A DNA stretch of 50,930 bases, the filler included, from Sphacelaria rigidula (Eukaryota), in assembly GCA_964200075.2 (NCBI GenBank). It is 2 parts of 2 records of this genome, joined end to end, with 100 filler letters (N's around TTAATTAATTAA, not from the genome) between each part and the next. Parts side by side here need not be neighbours in the genome. Positions count along the whole stretch, not along the records: positions 25,520 to 50,930 come from CAXNAA020000168.1; 1 more part is not named here. The stretch is one strand, 5' to 3'. A model generated the notes under the pieces. The model saw nothing but the letters and a program-made list of their open reading frames with translations, searched no databases and was not told the origin of the DNA. A program made the position numbers and the translations under genes. This document shows positions 36,901-49,733 of the stretch, in pieces (the stretch's first letter is position 1; each line of letters opens with the position of its first letter).

Positions 36901-39900
36901 CAGAAAGGGAGTGCCACGCGAGGGTTTTTGTAGCTTGTAGTTTTATTGCAGCTGCCTTTATGGCGCGCCGGGGGACGCCCTTCTATCTAAAATGGAGCTG
37001 CCGACTCTGGCTAAATGTTGACTCTTGGATTATTTGTGCTCTTTTCTCTTGTTTCTTGCCCTAGTACTATCCACCACCGACAAGCTTGCCCTTCCAGTTG
37101 CCACGCACTGAAGCTGCCCCTTCCGCTGGAGATGCTATCGATTTGACGGAAGATGCACCACCTCCGGCGGCATCTGTAGCGGCGGCTCCAACGCAGGCGC
37201 ATATGCAGGTGGCGATCGTTTTTGTTGGAGTTCCTCAGTTTACGGGTACAAGCGTACTACGGCAGCTGCATGACGCGGTGTGGTATATTACGTCGCAGCA
37301 ATTTGAGGCAGCTTGCCGCAGAAATCTGCACATTGTCGTATATCGTGCGTTCACGACCTTTAATGGGTGTATTTGCTTTCAAATTGGATGGTTGCTTCAA
37401 ACCTGGATTATGGCGGGGCAAGCAAGTGTTTCTAGGCGTTGTTGTGTAGCTCGTCTTCAGCCCTTAGCCATGACGCCTTATTTTCCATACTGCTCATCGT
37501 GGCGTATTTTCCCACCATCATGTCACCAGGTCCAACCAGAAGCAATGCGAGATTGGCACGCGCAGGGTCAGCGACTTCAGCATACCCTGGTGATCTGTTA
37601 CGATGTGCATGGCTGGTGTATTTGAATGTTCTTGCTTGAAACCGTGGGTGGGTACCTTTGGTACGAACGGTTTTCGTCGTGTGCTCATCGGCTGTACACT
37701 TTCCCCCGATTCGAAATGGATGATTCAATGATGTTGTGTTGGTCGGAATTCTCCCACGTTATGAAAATAGTCGTAGACACGCCCTTGCCGAAGCCTGGTG
37801 ATGGCGCAGCTGTGCCGAACTTGGGCAGATACTGTGGATTCCGCGGCACTAGACTGACGCCTGTCGGACCGTTTTGCGTTTCTTAATTGTCTTATCGCAA
37901 GGCCGGGTCATATCCCAGTGCGAACTATGCATCTAGGCCTCATAGCGAAGCGGTTTTTTCGGGCGCAGGACAGGCAGGATATAACGCACCACCCCCGCGA
38001 CCCCAGCTCTTCATACCACGACCGCCTTCTCTATCAAACTTGCACCCGCTACAACACCAGGGTCTGAAACACGCCAGGGTGAGTGGAATCGTCGCCAAAG
38101 ATGTGCTCATATCGCAATCGTTTCTCACAGCACGTGCGACGTTTGCCCAATTGATGCTCCGTGCGTGTAACAGTCGCCTGTGCGACCGGTGCACATTCAA
38201 ATACTTCTGGTACTGCTCTTCCCTAAACCATGCCCGCTCTCGCGATACGTGTGAACAGCCGCTGGATTATGGCGATCTAGGTGGAGGAGTGAAGAGAGCA
38301 CGCTACGAACGCTACGAACGATGGAATGGCGCGGATGAGGAGCAAGAGGGCACAGTGACTTTTTCTCTCATCTCCACGTCATTTTTCACCGTGAAGGTAT
38401 GTGTATTGCATCCCAAGCTAAGCATAATCCGCGTCAGACTTTGTACTGGTAGTTGTTTTTCATTCGTGATCGATTAACGTGGGTAAATTCCGCGTAGGAT
38501 AGGTAACTCGCATGCTCTGGGGTTTTTGTCGTGTGCTGCTATCTTTTGACTGGTAATCTGTGCTGTGCCTTACGTGTGGACGCCAAGGCTGCCGCTGCCA
38601 AGGTGCACATTGTCGCAGTGGCAGTGGTGACACATTGCTGCTGACTGCCAGTACCGACTTGAAGTGTGCACAGTAATGACGGACGTGTCGTTGCCGCATC
38701 TCTTGCTGGCGTTCACCGTACAGATAAGGAAGCCAACCCCGGACGTGGTGCACAACTACTTCAAGCTCATCCCGGGCGCAACCTTCGACACCAAGGCAAA
38801 TGAAGCTCATCGCCGTGGCACCTACGACAAGTGTTGTCACTTTAGTGTAGTGCCTGTTCTTTTTGACGAGAACGTTACTAACAAGATATTGGTCAATGTA
38901 CACTAATCCTTTTAGTAGGGCGCTCAATATCATCGGAAACATGGATCATGGGTTGCGAGTAGCTACGACGCCAGAACCCATCAACTGTCGCCCTTGTCTC
39001 CTCGATTCATTTTGGCACAAACAGGAACGACGATGGAAGTTTCCCCTCGGTGAACACGAGAAGCTAGCTGGAGCTCTCAGCAGGCAGGGCGTAAAGGTAC
39101 GGAGCGTTGCTTTGTGTACAGTTATATCGCATTATGTTCGAGCCCCGGGACAGCGCGTGTTTGACCCCTCCCTCGGACGAGAATAATTTGTCTCTTTCCC
39201 AACGAAACGACGCCTACATGGAATATCATGATTTCGAGTGAAAATTCAATTTGTGGTTCATCCAGAAACAGCCCCAGTATTTGGGCAAGCTATAATAGTG
39301 GGGTTCCTTCGCTGCCAGTCGTTCTTCCTATAGAATCGAGCCTATGTCGTCATTTGCGTGCGTATGCAAAACGTGAGGCAGACACGATCATTGATGTGGC
39401 TCGTGGCCTCTTCTGCTACGCGTTTCAATGCTGCAGGTGGTACCTGTCCCGCGGCAAGCTATAGCCGCTGCCACACTGGCTGTTGAGCCTAACACGAGCT
39501 TAGATGGCAAGGAACGCAAAGCAGGGGATAGCTCTGACGGGCCTTCACTTAGCCTGTGTGAGAAGATGGTGAGATTGGTTACCTGCTGTCTTCTTGATTA
39601 ACACTCACGAACCTTTCGTCTGCCACAGTACGTGTACGAGTTTCGTGCGTAAGCTCTATTGTCTTCCGTGTCGCACTAGTGATTCCCTCCACTCGCTTTG
39701 TCATGAGTCTTGTGATACTCATTTTTTCCCGTACTGACAGGTGCCAGAGTGCGTACGGAAGACCCTCGCACCGTTTCAAATGCAAGGTGTCGAGTTTGTT
39801 TTGAAGAAGGAAGGCCGCGCTATGATTGCTGACGAAATGGGCTTGGGCAAGACCATTCAGGCAAGCGATACATGGTCTCACTAGCACACAACGTTATTTG

Positions 39901-42900
39901 TGGGAAATACTCACTCGAGAAGATGTCGCTTCAGTCGACGCCACTGCTGCTTCATTATCCTCTCTGATGATGTCTGCGCATTGCATTGCAGCGACCACCC
40001 GTTGTGATGATCGTGAATTATCTGCAGGCCGTTGCCTGCGCTGCCGCATACGAATCTGAGTGGCCGTTGCTCATCATTTGCCCAAGCTCTGCGAGATACC
40101 ATTGGGAGCACGAGCTTTTGAAATGGCTGGACGAGGAGAGCGTTACGAAGAAACAGATCACGGTGTTGTGCAACGGGAAGCAAGTTTTTCACCGATCCGC
40201 CACAAAGGTCGTCATCATGTCATACGACCTGGTGAGTATGCGTTCGGTTGGCACTACCTCATGGTTCAGTAACCTCTCTGCGGCCCGTTCAACGAGCCGA
40301 GTCGCGTTTCGTCTTCGCCGTTCAGCGGACAAAACTGTCAGATGCCCCCACCTGACTGAGCCTCCTCCTGTGTATGTCTCAACCTGTAGTTTCTACGGGA
40401 GCGTGGTTACTAGTATACGAAAGTGTTGTGATGGTGCGAAATCGTGCTAGCGCTACGCCGAGACATCCCCCGCCGCTGGCCTTGGAATGGTACTTTGATG
40501 TATGCTCGCTGTCCGAATTCGAGCTCGAGCAGTGGGCAAAATGATCATCGCGTAGTCATCTTTCACTTTTAACTGCGTGTGATGACAAGATGTTCAGCGT
40601 GAATTCTTGGATCCGGTTCCCGTTTTATGAAGTGTGTTGGTAACATTGCAGTCGTGGGGTGGACTCCACCTATTTTGACATGGTACCAGGTGAATCGCAT
40701 GAAGGACAGACTGGATGACTTCAACTTTGGAGTGGTAGTATGCGACGAGTGCCATTACCTCAAGAATCAGCGGGCCGCACGCACGAAGGTACGGTGTGCC
40801 CCTTTCGAGAGCCTGGAGGCATTTTCCCCTGCACATGCGCAAGGACAAGTAGACTGACGTTTGTGCCTGTTGTGCCTGTATCGACTGTGGTGTGACGAGA
40901 CGTGGCATCAGCGTGCTCGCAATTCTCGTTTTGTGTATGTTTGGATCTATTCGCTTTCGTTGACGGTTCACTGTCGTGCATGCTCACATCTCGACCCTCC
41001 CCAGGCCATCAGCCCTTTGGCAAGGAAGGCCCGTAGAGCCATATTACTTTCTGGAACACCAGCACTTTCCCGCCCGTCAGAACTTTTTCCTCAGCTCAAC
41101 ATCATCGACTTCAAAACGTGGCCATCATTTCGAGAGTTCGGCAAACGGTGAGGGTTGTTCGGCAGTACGTGTTCTCAGCAGGTCCAGTTGCCGTTCGTTA
41201 ATGAATCTCCTGCGACAAAATATCCTGTTGAACGGTGGTACCGCAGATGTGGAAGCTCATTCTGTGTGGTGTCGAGGTGTACTCGCTGCTTCGTTCTCCC
41301 CTTATGTGTCACTCTCTCTGTATTTCCTGCCAGTGTTGCCAGCGTTGACCATGCATGCTGGTATGTGTAGTTTGTTGTCCGAGGGGCATCCGGTGTCTGG
41401 CTTGGGCCGTTTGGGTCACATCCGCAGGGGGGCGGCAATGTCGGGCCACAGCGTTGCTATGGGTGAACCCAGCCACAACTGCAAGTCCAGACGTGATTTT
41501 ATGGCTCATTCGCCCCAAACGATATCCCTTTCGAGCGTTCTAGATACTGCTCGGGCAAAAAGGGAAGGGGCAAGAAGGGTAAAACTGGCTGGGACTACAG
41601 CGGGGCATCACACATCCCAGAGCTGCACGCGCTGCTGAGGGCAACTGTCATGGTGTGTGGTTCAATTCGGGTTTCATCTATGGGGGGCACAAGTAGAGGA
41701 GAACATGCATCACTAGGAAGAGGTGTCGCTTGAAGCATCACGAAATAATGGAACGACCGATTTGTCCACGCAAGGGTAATTTCTGAGCGTGGTGTAGAGT
41801 GCGGCCATTGATGGCACTTGACAGATGAACACGCATCGGTGCGGCAACTGCAGGTACGGCGTTTGAAGAAGGACATTCTGAAACAGCTCCCTCCCAAGCA
41901 GCGCTCGCTGGTGAAGGTTCAAGTAGAAGACGATGGAGCTCGATTCGAACTCCAGGAAGGTGTGTGATGAATTTCACTCTGCTCCAAGAGTTCCTCCTCT
42001 TATAATCCCCTGTGTTGCATGCGGTCTTGGCGTAGATTGCATTCGATGCGACCCACTGTCCGCCGGAAGAAGAGGTCATGGTTCGGAACAAGTTGCACTC
42101 AAGAATGCCACCATCGTGTGCAGCTGCGAACAAAAAACTCATCCCGGCAATCAGGGGACTGTGGAAGGGCCGCGTTCATGTGAGAAAACGTTTAATAAAT
42201 TTCGCCCTTTGTGAAATACTCGAGGATTTCCTCGTCAGATCTTCGACTTCTGGCCCGCGGAGATGCACTTCTTGGACGGCTGGCCAAGCAAAACTCGGAT
42301 CAGCTGAATGAACTCAAGCTCAGCTTCAGTCAACAGGTATGATGCCTCGCGTAAACACCCGGTTGTAGGAAAGGTATATTACTCAGTGTCTACCCCGTGC
42401 CCCTCGACAGGGCAGTCCTCCGGACATCTGTTGGTCGCGAAATTATATTGCAGCCTTTCGTTTTTCAGGTGACTCCAGAGTGCGGCAACTTTGAAAATAA
42501 TCGGTGGGGTAGGGATCGCAATTAATTGTGATCCGGCACAAGGATCGATCGTCGACCTTTGCTGGACTGAGAAACGAGAAGGACGTTGAGATTATAGGTC
42601 GCGCCGCTGCTGTGGTCTTACTCTGGCGGCTTGATGCCGAATTCTCCATGTGGGTTGATGTATTCGTGTTGGCATAGCATGCAGCATGTAGCCCCCGCTA
42701 CTTTACCCTTGATGTATGCGAATGCTCGAAAATTCTTGCCCGATACCCCCTCTCTCAATTTCTCCTCCCCACTCAACCAGTCAAATGCTGCATGGCAAGC
42801 GATCGAAAAGCCTGCTTCCCATCACACACTCTTGCCGTTCATGCAGACACATTACTTTACTCTGTCTTGCCAGCTGTTTTTCTCCTTTGGTTGGGACTTA

Positions 42901-45900
42901 CAGTGGACACATTGAAAGTAAACTTCGAGAGCAGCAGGAGACGGTGTGTAGCGCATTGCCGCGCCCCGGTGGTGTAATGGTCCGACTGTCGCCGTTAGGG
43001 TGGAGAGAACGAGGGTTCCATTCCCGATGCGTTGGGTTTTTCTTCGTAATTTATTATTTCCATCGTGGAAAGCGTGAGAACGTGAGTAAACGAAGTAGTC
43101 GACTGGGTTTGTGTCACGTGAGTTGACGCGGTGCGGGAGTGCTAACGCAATCTTCGAGACCAAGATGTACGGCGCGTGCTGGGGGAGAGATGGGTTGATC
43201 CCTTGAGACCACGGACTCATACCGAGGAAGGGTAGGGTTCAAAGTGCGAAGAAGAAGAAAAAAGGCGTGTTGGTTGGTGGGTGCACCCGGAGACTCTTTG
43301 GCAATTAATTTATTATAGCAACGCTGGCAGCTGGGGTAGCCATGCAGAGAGTGAAAGACGTTGGGGTGTTGGAGAGCGGTTCCACCCTCTCACATCCATA
43401 CGTATGTCGTTCAACACGCAAAGAGTAGTGGAAAACCCTCACATATGTACCCGATCAAAACGCCACACGTCAAGCGCGTCACTACTTCACTGTAGATCTT
43501 CCTATCGTAGATATCCCCACACAGGAATCCATTTCACACGAATAAGGCGTACATTCTATTTTTTGAAGATTCACAGATTTCCACGTAGTTATCCCCCCCC
43601 ATCCCTTGCGTCAACCTTGGCTTCTTTTTGTGTCGTATGGTCTTCGCTCTGTGGCAGGCGACGAAAGCCATCAATAATACAGTGGCGCAGAGTAAATCCC
43701 CGGCCTGGGAACGAACGCCGATGCTAACGGATCCGCCCAAGGCCAAAAAGGTACAAGACGCATTTCTGTCTCACCCGCTAGAGGAGCGGGTAAAACACAT
43801 ACCAACCGTGTGCTGCAGCAATAGTAACCGGCGATGACCTCCAAATACATTAGTCTGCTCTTTAAAGACCGTCAAGTCCCTCCCAATGGAAATTCACGCT
43901 CAGCTCCGTCAGTAGGCGCCCTAGACCAGGGCAAGCTAAGCTCATGTCAAGCACAATATACTAGGGGCAATACCCATTCGTGACGTGCGTTTCGGTTGGA
44001 AACAAGCGCTTGTTGCTGGCTCGGTCGTAGGCAGACAGCCAGCGCATTGCTTTGTTTTCCAAAGATGCTGTTGATCGGCATTATCTATACATTTTCACAG
44101 GTGACGCCCGGGAAAGGAAGGGTTACCAAGTTGTCGGCACCACCACCGCCTCCACCGCCCCCTGTCGCCGAGGAGTCAAGTGTTGATTCAACGAGTACCG
44201 AATACAACGCAAGCGGGGTAGAGATTATTGGTGTGGGAGTCGAAGCAGACTACACAGAGCACACGGGAGAACTGAGCAAGCGGGAGTTGGCGCAGCAGCG
44301 AAGATCACTGTTGATGAAGCTTTTTGCCGACACCGGGACGGCCAAAATTCCCGCGGTGCTCAGGTGACCGCGGCCGACCAAAATCGTCCCATCACGTGGT
44401 CCTTACTACAGTCACTCACTAATGCCATACATCAATTCATGCATGTAATTCTGTTGCGCTTGCTTCAACATGCGCTTATTATGATGCGCTTTTTCGCAGG
44501 CACGTATCGGGCATCCTTTCTGACGAAATTTCAGGCGGAAAAGTCCTTGTATTCGCACATCATCGAAACGTACTGGATGCTTTGGAATCAGGGGTGCTCA
44601 AGCACGGCGGCGTTGAGTTTATTCGCATCGACGGGCGCACCAAGGTACACTTTATTTAGTGAGGAAGTCTTGAATGTAAAAGCAGGGCTAAGCGCTGAAC
44701 TAACTATCGATGATGCAGCTACAAACCTGCCCGCTTTAAAAGTGGGGTTAGGCGCGGACTAAATGTCGAGGACACAATTACAAGTCTATCCGCTATTCTA
44801 GACGACGTCGGACTGATGATACGTAACTGACAATTGCCAGGTGTATCGTAGGTTGAGAAAGGCCGCATACGCCACGCAATGGTTTACATAGTGGATGAGT
44901 GTACACACACGAGAGCGAGCAATAGCAGAGCGCCGAGAGCACGAGAACGGCAGCATCTCAACGCCAACTGGGTACGCGCCGTCGGCTTCCCTGCGTCCAA
45001 CTCTGTACCGACCTGACACGCCGCCATATTGATGCAGGAAGCGGCAATAGTATTGCACGCTGCTTGAGGTCAGGATTTGACAGCGAGGTCCCTTGAGTGT
45101 TCCGTTTGTACGTCATTTAATTGACCAAACGCAATATGTTTCTCGTTGGCTATCTGGTTTGCGCATGCTATCTAACGTTACCCACCTTTTGCACGAGATA
45201 TTTGGCATATTTGGCCACGGTGGTCGTGCTGATTCGCTTCCTGTGGCAAGCTCGTTCGTTCGTATTCTCGAGCGTTTCAGAGAATCTTGTACTGGCGGAA
45301 TAGCACGCGTTGTATTTCCGCGTCGACCTCGTCGCCAAACTTGCAACGTATCGCAATGATGGCTGAATTTTGCTGTGCCGCTAGAAACTACCGCGCATAA
45401 CGTGATGAAAACTGGACGCGTTTGATTTGAAATTCTCAAGATTTGAGCATGCGATGGTCAGGGAGACAACAATATTTTGCACGTATGTTGTACTGGGTAC
45501 CGAGACTGCAGGTCGTGTCGATGGAACGTTCGCTGGGACTAAATCTCAATCCAAGTGCCGAAGTTTCAGTTCCCAGAGATGCCTTACATCGTGTTCCTGT
45601 GGGATGCCTTACCAGGCGATGGACGCCTCTAGTGGATTCGGTGTTTTCAATGGCTCCCGTATCTGATTTGAGGTGGAAGAATGCCCGTTGTTGTAGTTTT
45701 GATTTTGAACTTTCGTGTCTTTGAAATTTCATTCCACATGTCAGCCAAAGGACAGGCAGGACCTCGTGGACTCCTTCCAGACGAATGCCAGTGTAAGAGT
45801 GGCTCTTCTCGGTCTCACAGCAGCGGGTGTTGGCATTACTCTCACCGCGGCGAGCAGGTGTGTTAGTTTGAGCATTCGTGGAGGGAGTCGGTACTGTTGA

Positions 45901-48900
45901 GAATATTGGGGTTCATCTGCGGTTGGGATATTTCGACCGCAAAGTCATTCTGTTGACCTAGGCTTAGTTCCCATACATGTGGAAGACATGTTCAGACGGC
46001 CGATATGACGGGCACGTTTTCTGGTTATTCCGAGTTGGTCAGTCCCGACTGCTCCGATCATGCATACTTGTTCCTGATATCATCACTCGCTCTGACATCT
46101 TGATTACTCCTATTTTGTGCTGTCTTAGGGTCGTATTTGCTGAGCTGTACTGGACCCCCGCTCAGCTGCTCCAGGCAGAGGATAGATGTCACCGCATTGG
46201 GCAGGCCAGTGTTGTCAAAGTGCAATATCTGGTAGCCGACGGCAGCTTGGATGATGCTCTGTGGCCACTTATCCAAAAAAAGGTACAATTATACACGAAA
46301 TGTAGTATCTTATTCGGGCAGTAGGGTTCATCTAAGCAGTCCAAACAAAGCAGTACAACCACGCTTAGATGCAACTGCATTTGCCTGGGATGTGCTCTGG
46401 CCGAGCATCACTGTAGTCGGCGTGTGGACAAACGATCTTGCTGCACCTTTGACTTGGAAATTGCTGGAATTGCTGGAAATGCTGGAACATCCATTCATTG
46501 GCCATTCTTGTGACGAGGACGGATATACGCTCTCGTTAGTGTCGTCTGCTGTCGAGACTGCTGATCATGTGCTGAAAGCATCCCTTGCGCGATGATTACC
46601 TGCTGTACTTGCTGCACGTACTAGATGAAGCTGCTTGGAGAGATGGTAGAAGGCCAGGGGGATTCCAAGTCAATGGAGGTGATACGCCCTCATCAAAATG
46701 TGGTCGGCCCTACTACTAGTCATGTTCGTTTGCAGTACTGTACATTGCGGCACTAAATTGATATCAAAGTGTACGCTCATGTGAAGAACGAAGCACATTG
46801 GTCGGTGTCGTGTTGATCCAATTTGACCAATCCGGCTAGATCAGCAACATTAAATCGATCCGCGCTACCGAAGCGCGGTTACGTGTAGTGTACGTCACGG
46901 AAAATCGACATATCTCGCTCGTTGAACCTCCTCGCCGATATCTGCTTGCTTATGCGAAAGAACGTTGGGTTCTAACTCCCTTGTGATTTAAAAGATATTT
47001 GATGCACGCAACGCCTAAAGGTTGAGCCGGCTGGTTCAAAGGATTCAAAGGGCACGACCCGTTGCGAGACCGTAGTCTCGTCCACAACTACTGAGGCCAC
47101 GACTGGCGCATGTGAAGAGGGCCCGAGCGAAGATGGTACGGACTCAACCAGCGCTGCTAATACCGATGGTAATCAAAATGATGCATCTTCAGCTATGACT
47201 CCGAACTCTGTATGGAAAGAGCTGCAAGCTTCGGTCATCGAGAACGCACAGGTACGTTTCATGTGTTACTCTCGAACGATTGGCTATTTCCTATTTTTGC
47301 TTCAGGAACGCACACGATACGGTGCCGCGCGAGCCAAGGCGTTCGACTCCATGTATCTAGATGTGCAATGCCCTGCGTGGTGGTATCACCCAAACATGTG
47401 TGTGACAGCGTGCGCGCGTTACTGTTCCCAAGCAGGAACTTGCCGTGGAGGACATGCGTCTTGAGCTAGACGACGAGGGGCGTCGAGAGTTGGAAGAAGA
47501 ACAAGGGGATGGAGAGGGCGAGGCTGGTTCAAAGGCCGATGGCAGGTTCGCCCAACTCGATATTAACTCGCAGACTCTCAACGCGACGCTCAATACCTCT
47601 GGTGAACACGTGGCACCATGATGAATCAGATGCACCCTGCTAGAGTAGGCGATGTTCGAATACATGAATGAATTAGTCGCACTCGGCAGACTATTTGTCA
47701 TCTTCACTCGGCAGGTCCAGAATCGGTAGGCGTTGGTACAAAAAGCAGGCCGTGCTTAGGACATTTTTCCTATTTTTGTGTCGTCCAAACATCCGGAGTA
47801 AAACCCATTTATCGGTTATATATATAAATATAATTGACCGTGCATCGTCCAAAAATATGCTCTTTTCGGCTGTAGTGCAATGAATAGCCAGAAAATAAAA
47901 GACCTGCGCCGGGGAATTGTCTACTAAAATGATCGGAATCGGTTCGATCGAGCGAGAATATCAGTGAGCGAGAACCTGGGAGTTCACACTCGAAGGAACA
48001 CTGATGACCGTTTCGTCCGTAGGTCGCTCAAAACTGGTGGCGAGAAAGGTTTCCCCTCTACTTTTGTGTCGGATACTAAGATCTCTCGATCACCAAAGTT
48101 TGGGATCGCACGGTCACCGTCATGAGCCTTGGTGACAGAAGCCTGCATAAAACGAGTACAATCGAAAAAAAGTATTTGAATCTTGGCTACTATAGTTCAT
48201 GCGATGTGGGATCCGAGTCGCCGAAGTCCCTAGATCCCTAACACGCGGTGAGCATGAGCTATTCTTCCTTATCTGCGATGGGGCGCTGGATATTGGAGCT
48301 ATGAAAATAGGCCATATTCCTTCCGTTTCCTGGTCAGTGCGACCCAACCCTAAACTGCCTCATCATTTCTGAGTAGATGAATCAACCAGACATCTGTCTG
48401 TAGTACCTTGTTGGGCATGCAAAGTGTCCGCCGTGACAGTCTGGGGTTTGACAAACACGGTTTCGCAGTATCAGTATATTACTATCACGACGTCTTGAGA
48501 GTGTGGCATTGAAGAGTGTTTGTTAACTGCGTCATCCATAGCATTATTTGCGGCAGGTACGTACTCAATGGTGGACAACGTTGGCAAGTTGAACGTCAAG
48601 AGATTCCGTCGCAACCTGCAGTATTATTTCAAGAGGTGCGTCTGCTAGACTTGGATCGTTGTACTGATTTGATGTTCCCTCCAAGTGGCGCGACCTGATA
48701 TCTGGCGTCGTCTGGTCGCTCGTATACCGTCCTGCAGCGAGAGTGACAGTGGGTACAGTGATGGGGGCGGGGGACAGGGCATGGCAGAATCGGTTTACGA
48801 CATAGAAGACTCTGATGACGAGGGATCTGGGGGGCGAGGGAACTCCTTTCAAAAGGTGAGAGATATCGAGAAAGCGCTATGCCGTGTGTGCATATGAATA

Positions 48901-49733
48901 TTATGCGCTTTGATCCTCATCACAGACTTGAATGGCTACAGCAGCGCGGCACTCGTATGTTATGCTATGCCCGACGCCGTCGTAACTGACAAACGTGACA
49001 TGCCTCGCGGACTACACAGGCGTACCCCTTCGCACGGGGAGATACTTCTCTCGGAGCACGAGCCCAGCCACCGGCTTCTTTTGCAGGTGCATATCCGAGG
49101 CCCGTTCCGACAGGCAACAGCGGTTCCAAGGCACCGGTGGGACTGGCGGCTGCAATCACACAAGCAAAGGCAGATACACAAGCAAAGGCAGGTGCACCGT
49201 GGCGAAGAGCTGATGGTGGCGTGAATGGGGTCACATCGAAAGACACGACTTCGACAGATGTCATCGACTTGTTAAGCGGGGATGAGGCAGATGACGGGTA
49301 TGTCGACCGTGCACAAAACAATGCAAGTGCGGGTGGCGAAGGACACAATCGCGTGCGACCGGTACAGGCCTCTGCATCCACGGCAGTTAACGAGGACCCC
49401 CTCATTATGGAGGTAGACGACGATGCCGTGGTGGTGTGTATGCCAGCCTGTGTTGAGAAAGGATTGTCTGCGACAGCTGCCCACTCTTTTTCATCAGTGA
49501 AAACAGCTAAACGCAGCACAAACGTGGGAAAAGATGACGCCAGGGCTGTGGAGTTGGTCACAGATCCGGCGGGAGCTGCGGCTCAAACGTTGTTCACTGC
49601 TCGTGCGACACATGAAGAGCCCTCTTCTCCGAGAACAGGCGAAGCCGCCCGCTGTACTGCTGCCCCTCGACCAAACGTCACAATTGCTGGAGAGCGCAAG
49701 TCCGAGAGTTTGCCGAACTCACCAGTGGAGTGA
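32025..49733 (+). CDS. SMARCAL1: SMARCAL1-like SNF2-family annealing helicase (HARP domain + SNF2_N + Helicase_C), ~29 exons, ~1510 aa
   Basis: Phase-consistent exons: 32025-32037, 32454-32492, 32607-33001, 33817-34164, 34790-34870, 37065-37208, 37530-37589, 37902-38078, 38259-38396, 38724-38795, 39025-39096, 39437-39568, 39741-39860, 40028-40231, 40690-40788, 41005-41147, 41544-41652, 41854-41959, 42239-42336, 43658-43750, 44101-44363, 44500-44644, 45745-45857, 46129-46282, 46625-46678, 47021-47251, 47436-47545, 48738-48855, 49020-49733. Motifs: HARP ([32 protein letters not shown]), [118 protein letters not shown]. The first two exons and the disordered termini are less certain. Confidence 0.92.
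33092..33365 (+). mobile_element. SINE-like dispersed repeat, copy 2 of 3 (intronic), followed by (TA)n(GA)n
   Basis: GGTTGATCTCTTGAGACTGCGGAGTCGTCCCGAGGAAGGGTGGAGCTCAAAAGTATGAC matches copies 1 and 3. A microsatellite tail lies at 33363-33423. Confidence 0.65.
33901..33951 (+). repeat. Coding (CAG)13(CAA)3CAG repeat, polyQ17
   Basis: In frame within exon 33817-34164. Confidence 0.9.
34887..35525. repeat. Probable intronic repeat insertion with a (TA)n tract and a tandem ~75-80-bp duplication carrying B-box-like words
   Basis: (TA)n at ~34887-34911; two related units starting TCGACGCCCGGTGT and TCGACTCCCGGTGT (~35326-35480); GTTCGAATCCC at ~35473. Orientation and boundaries are unclear. Confidence 0.35.
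39741..41959 (+). CDS. SMARCAL1: SNF2 N-terminal ATPase lobe exons of the SMARCAL1-like gene
   Basis: Walker A (ADEMGLGKT), DECH box, SGTP and RRLK motifs occur in consecutive exons. Confidence 0.93.
42961..43263 (+). mobile_element. tRNA-derived SINE, copy 3 of 3 (best-preserved head)
   Basis: A-box TGGTGTAATGG (42970-42980), B-box GGTTCCATTCC (43014-43024), shared 3' block GGTTGATCCCTTGAGACCACGGACTCATACCGAGGAAGGGTAGGGTTCAAAGTGCG, and a (GAA)n tail. Confidence 0.72.
44500..46282 (+). CDS. SMARCAL1: Helicase C-terminal lobe exons of the SMARCAL1-like gene
   Basis: [42 protein letters not shown] and [11 protein letters not shown]. Confidence 0.93.

Noticed and set aside
42961-43035. tRNA gene (likewise 31451-31510)
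   Set aside because: A and B boxes are present, but there is no convincing cloverleaf and each continues into a repeat body, so they are SINE heads.
32025-49733. ZRANB3 rather than SMARCAL1
   Set aside because: HARP lies N-terminal to the ATPase, and no NZF zinc finger or HNH nuclease is visible downstream.
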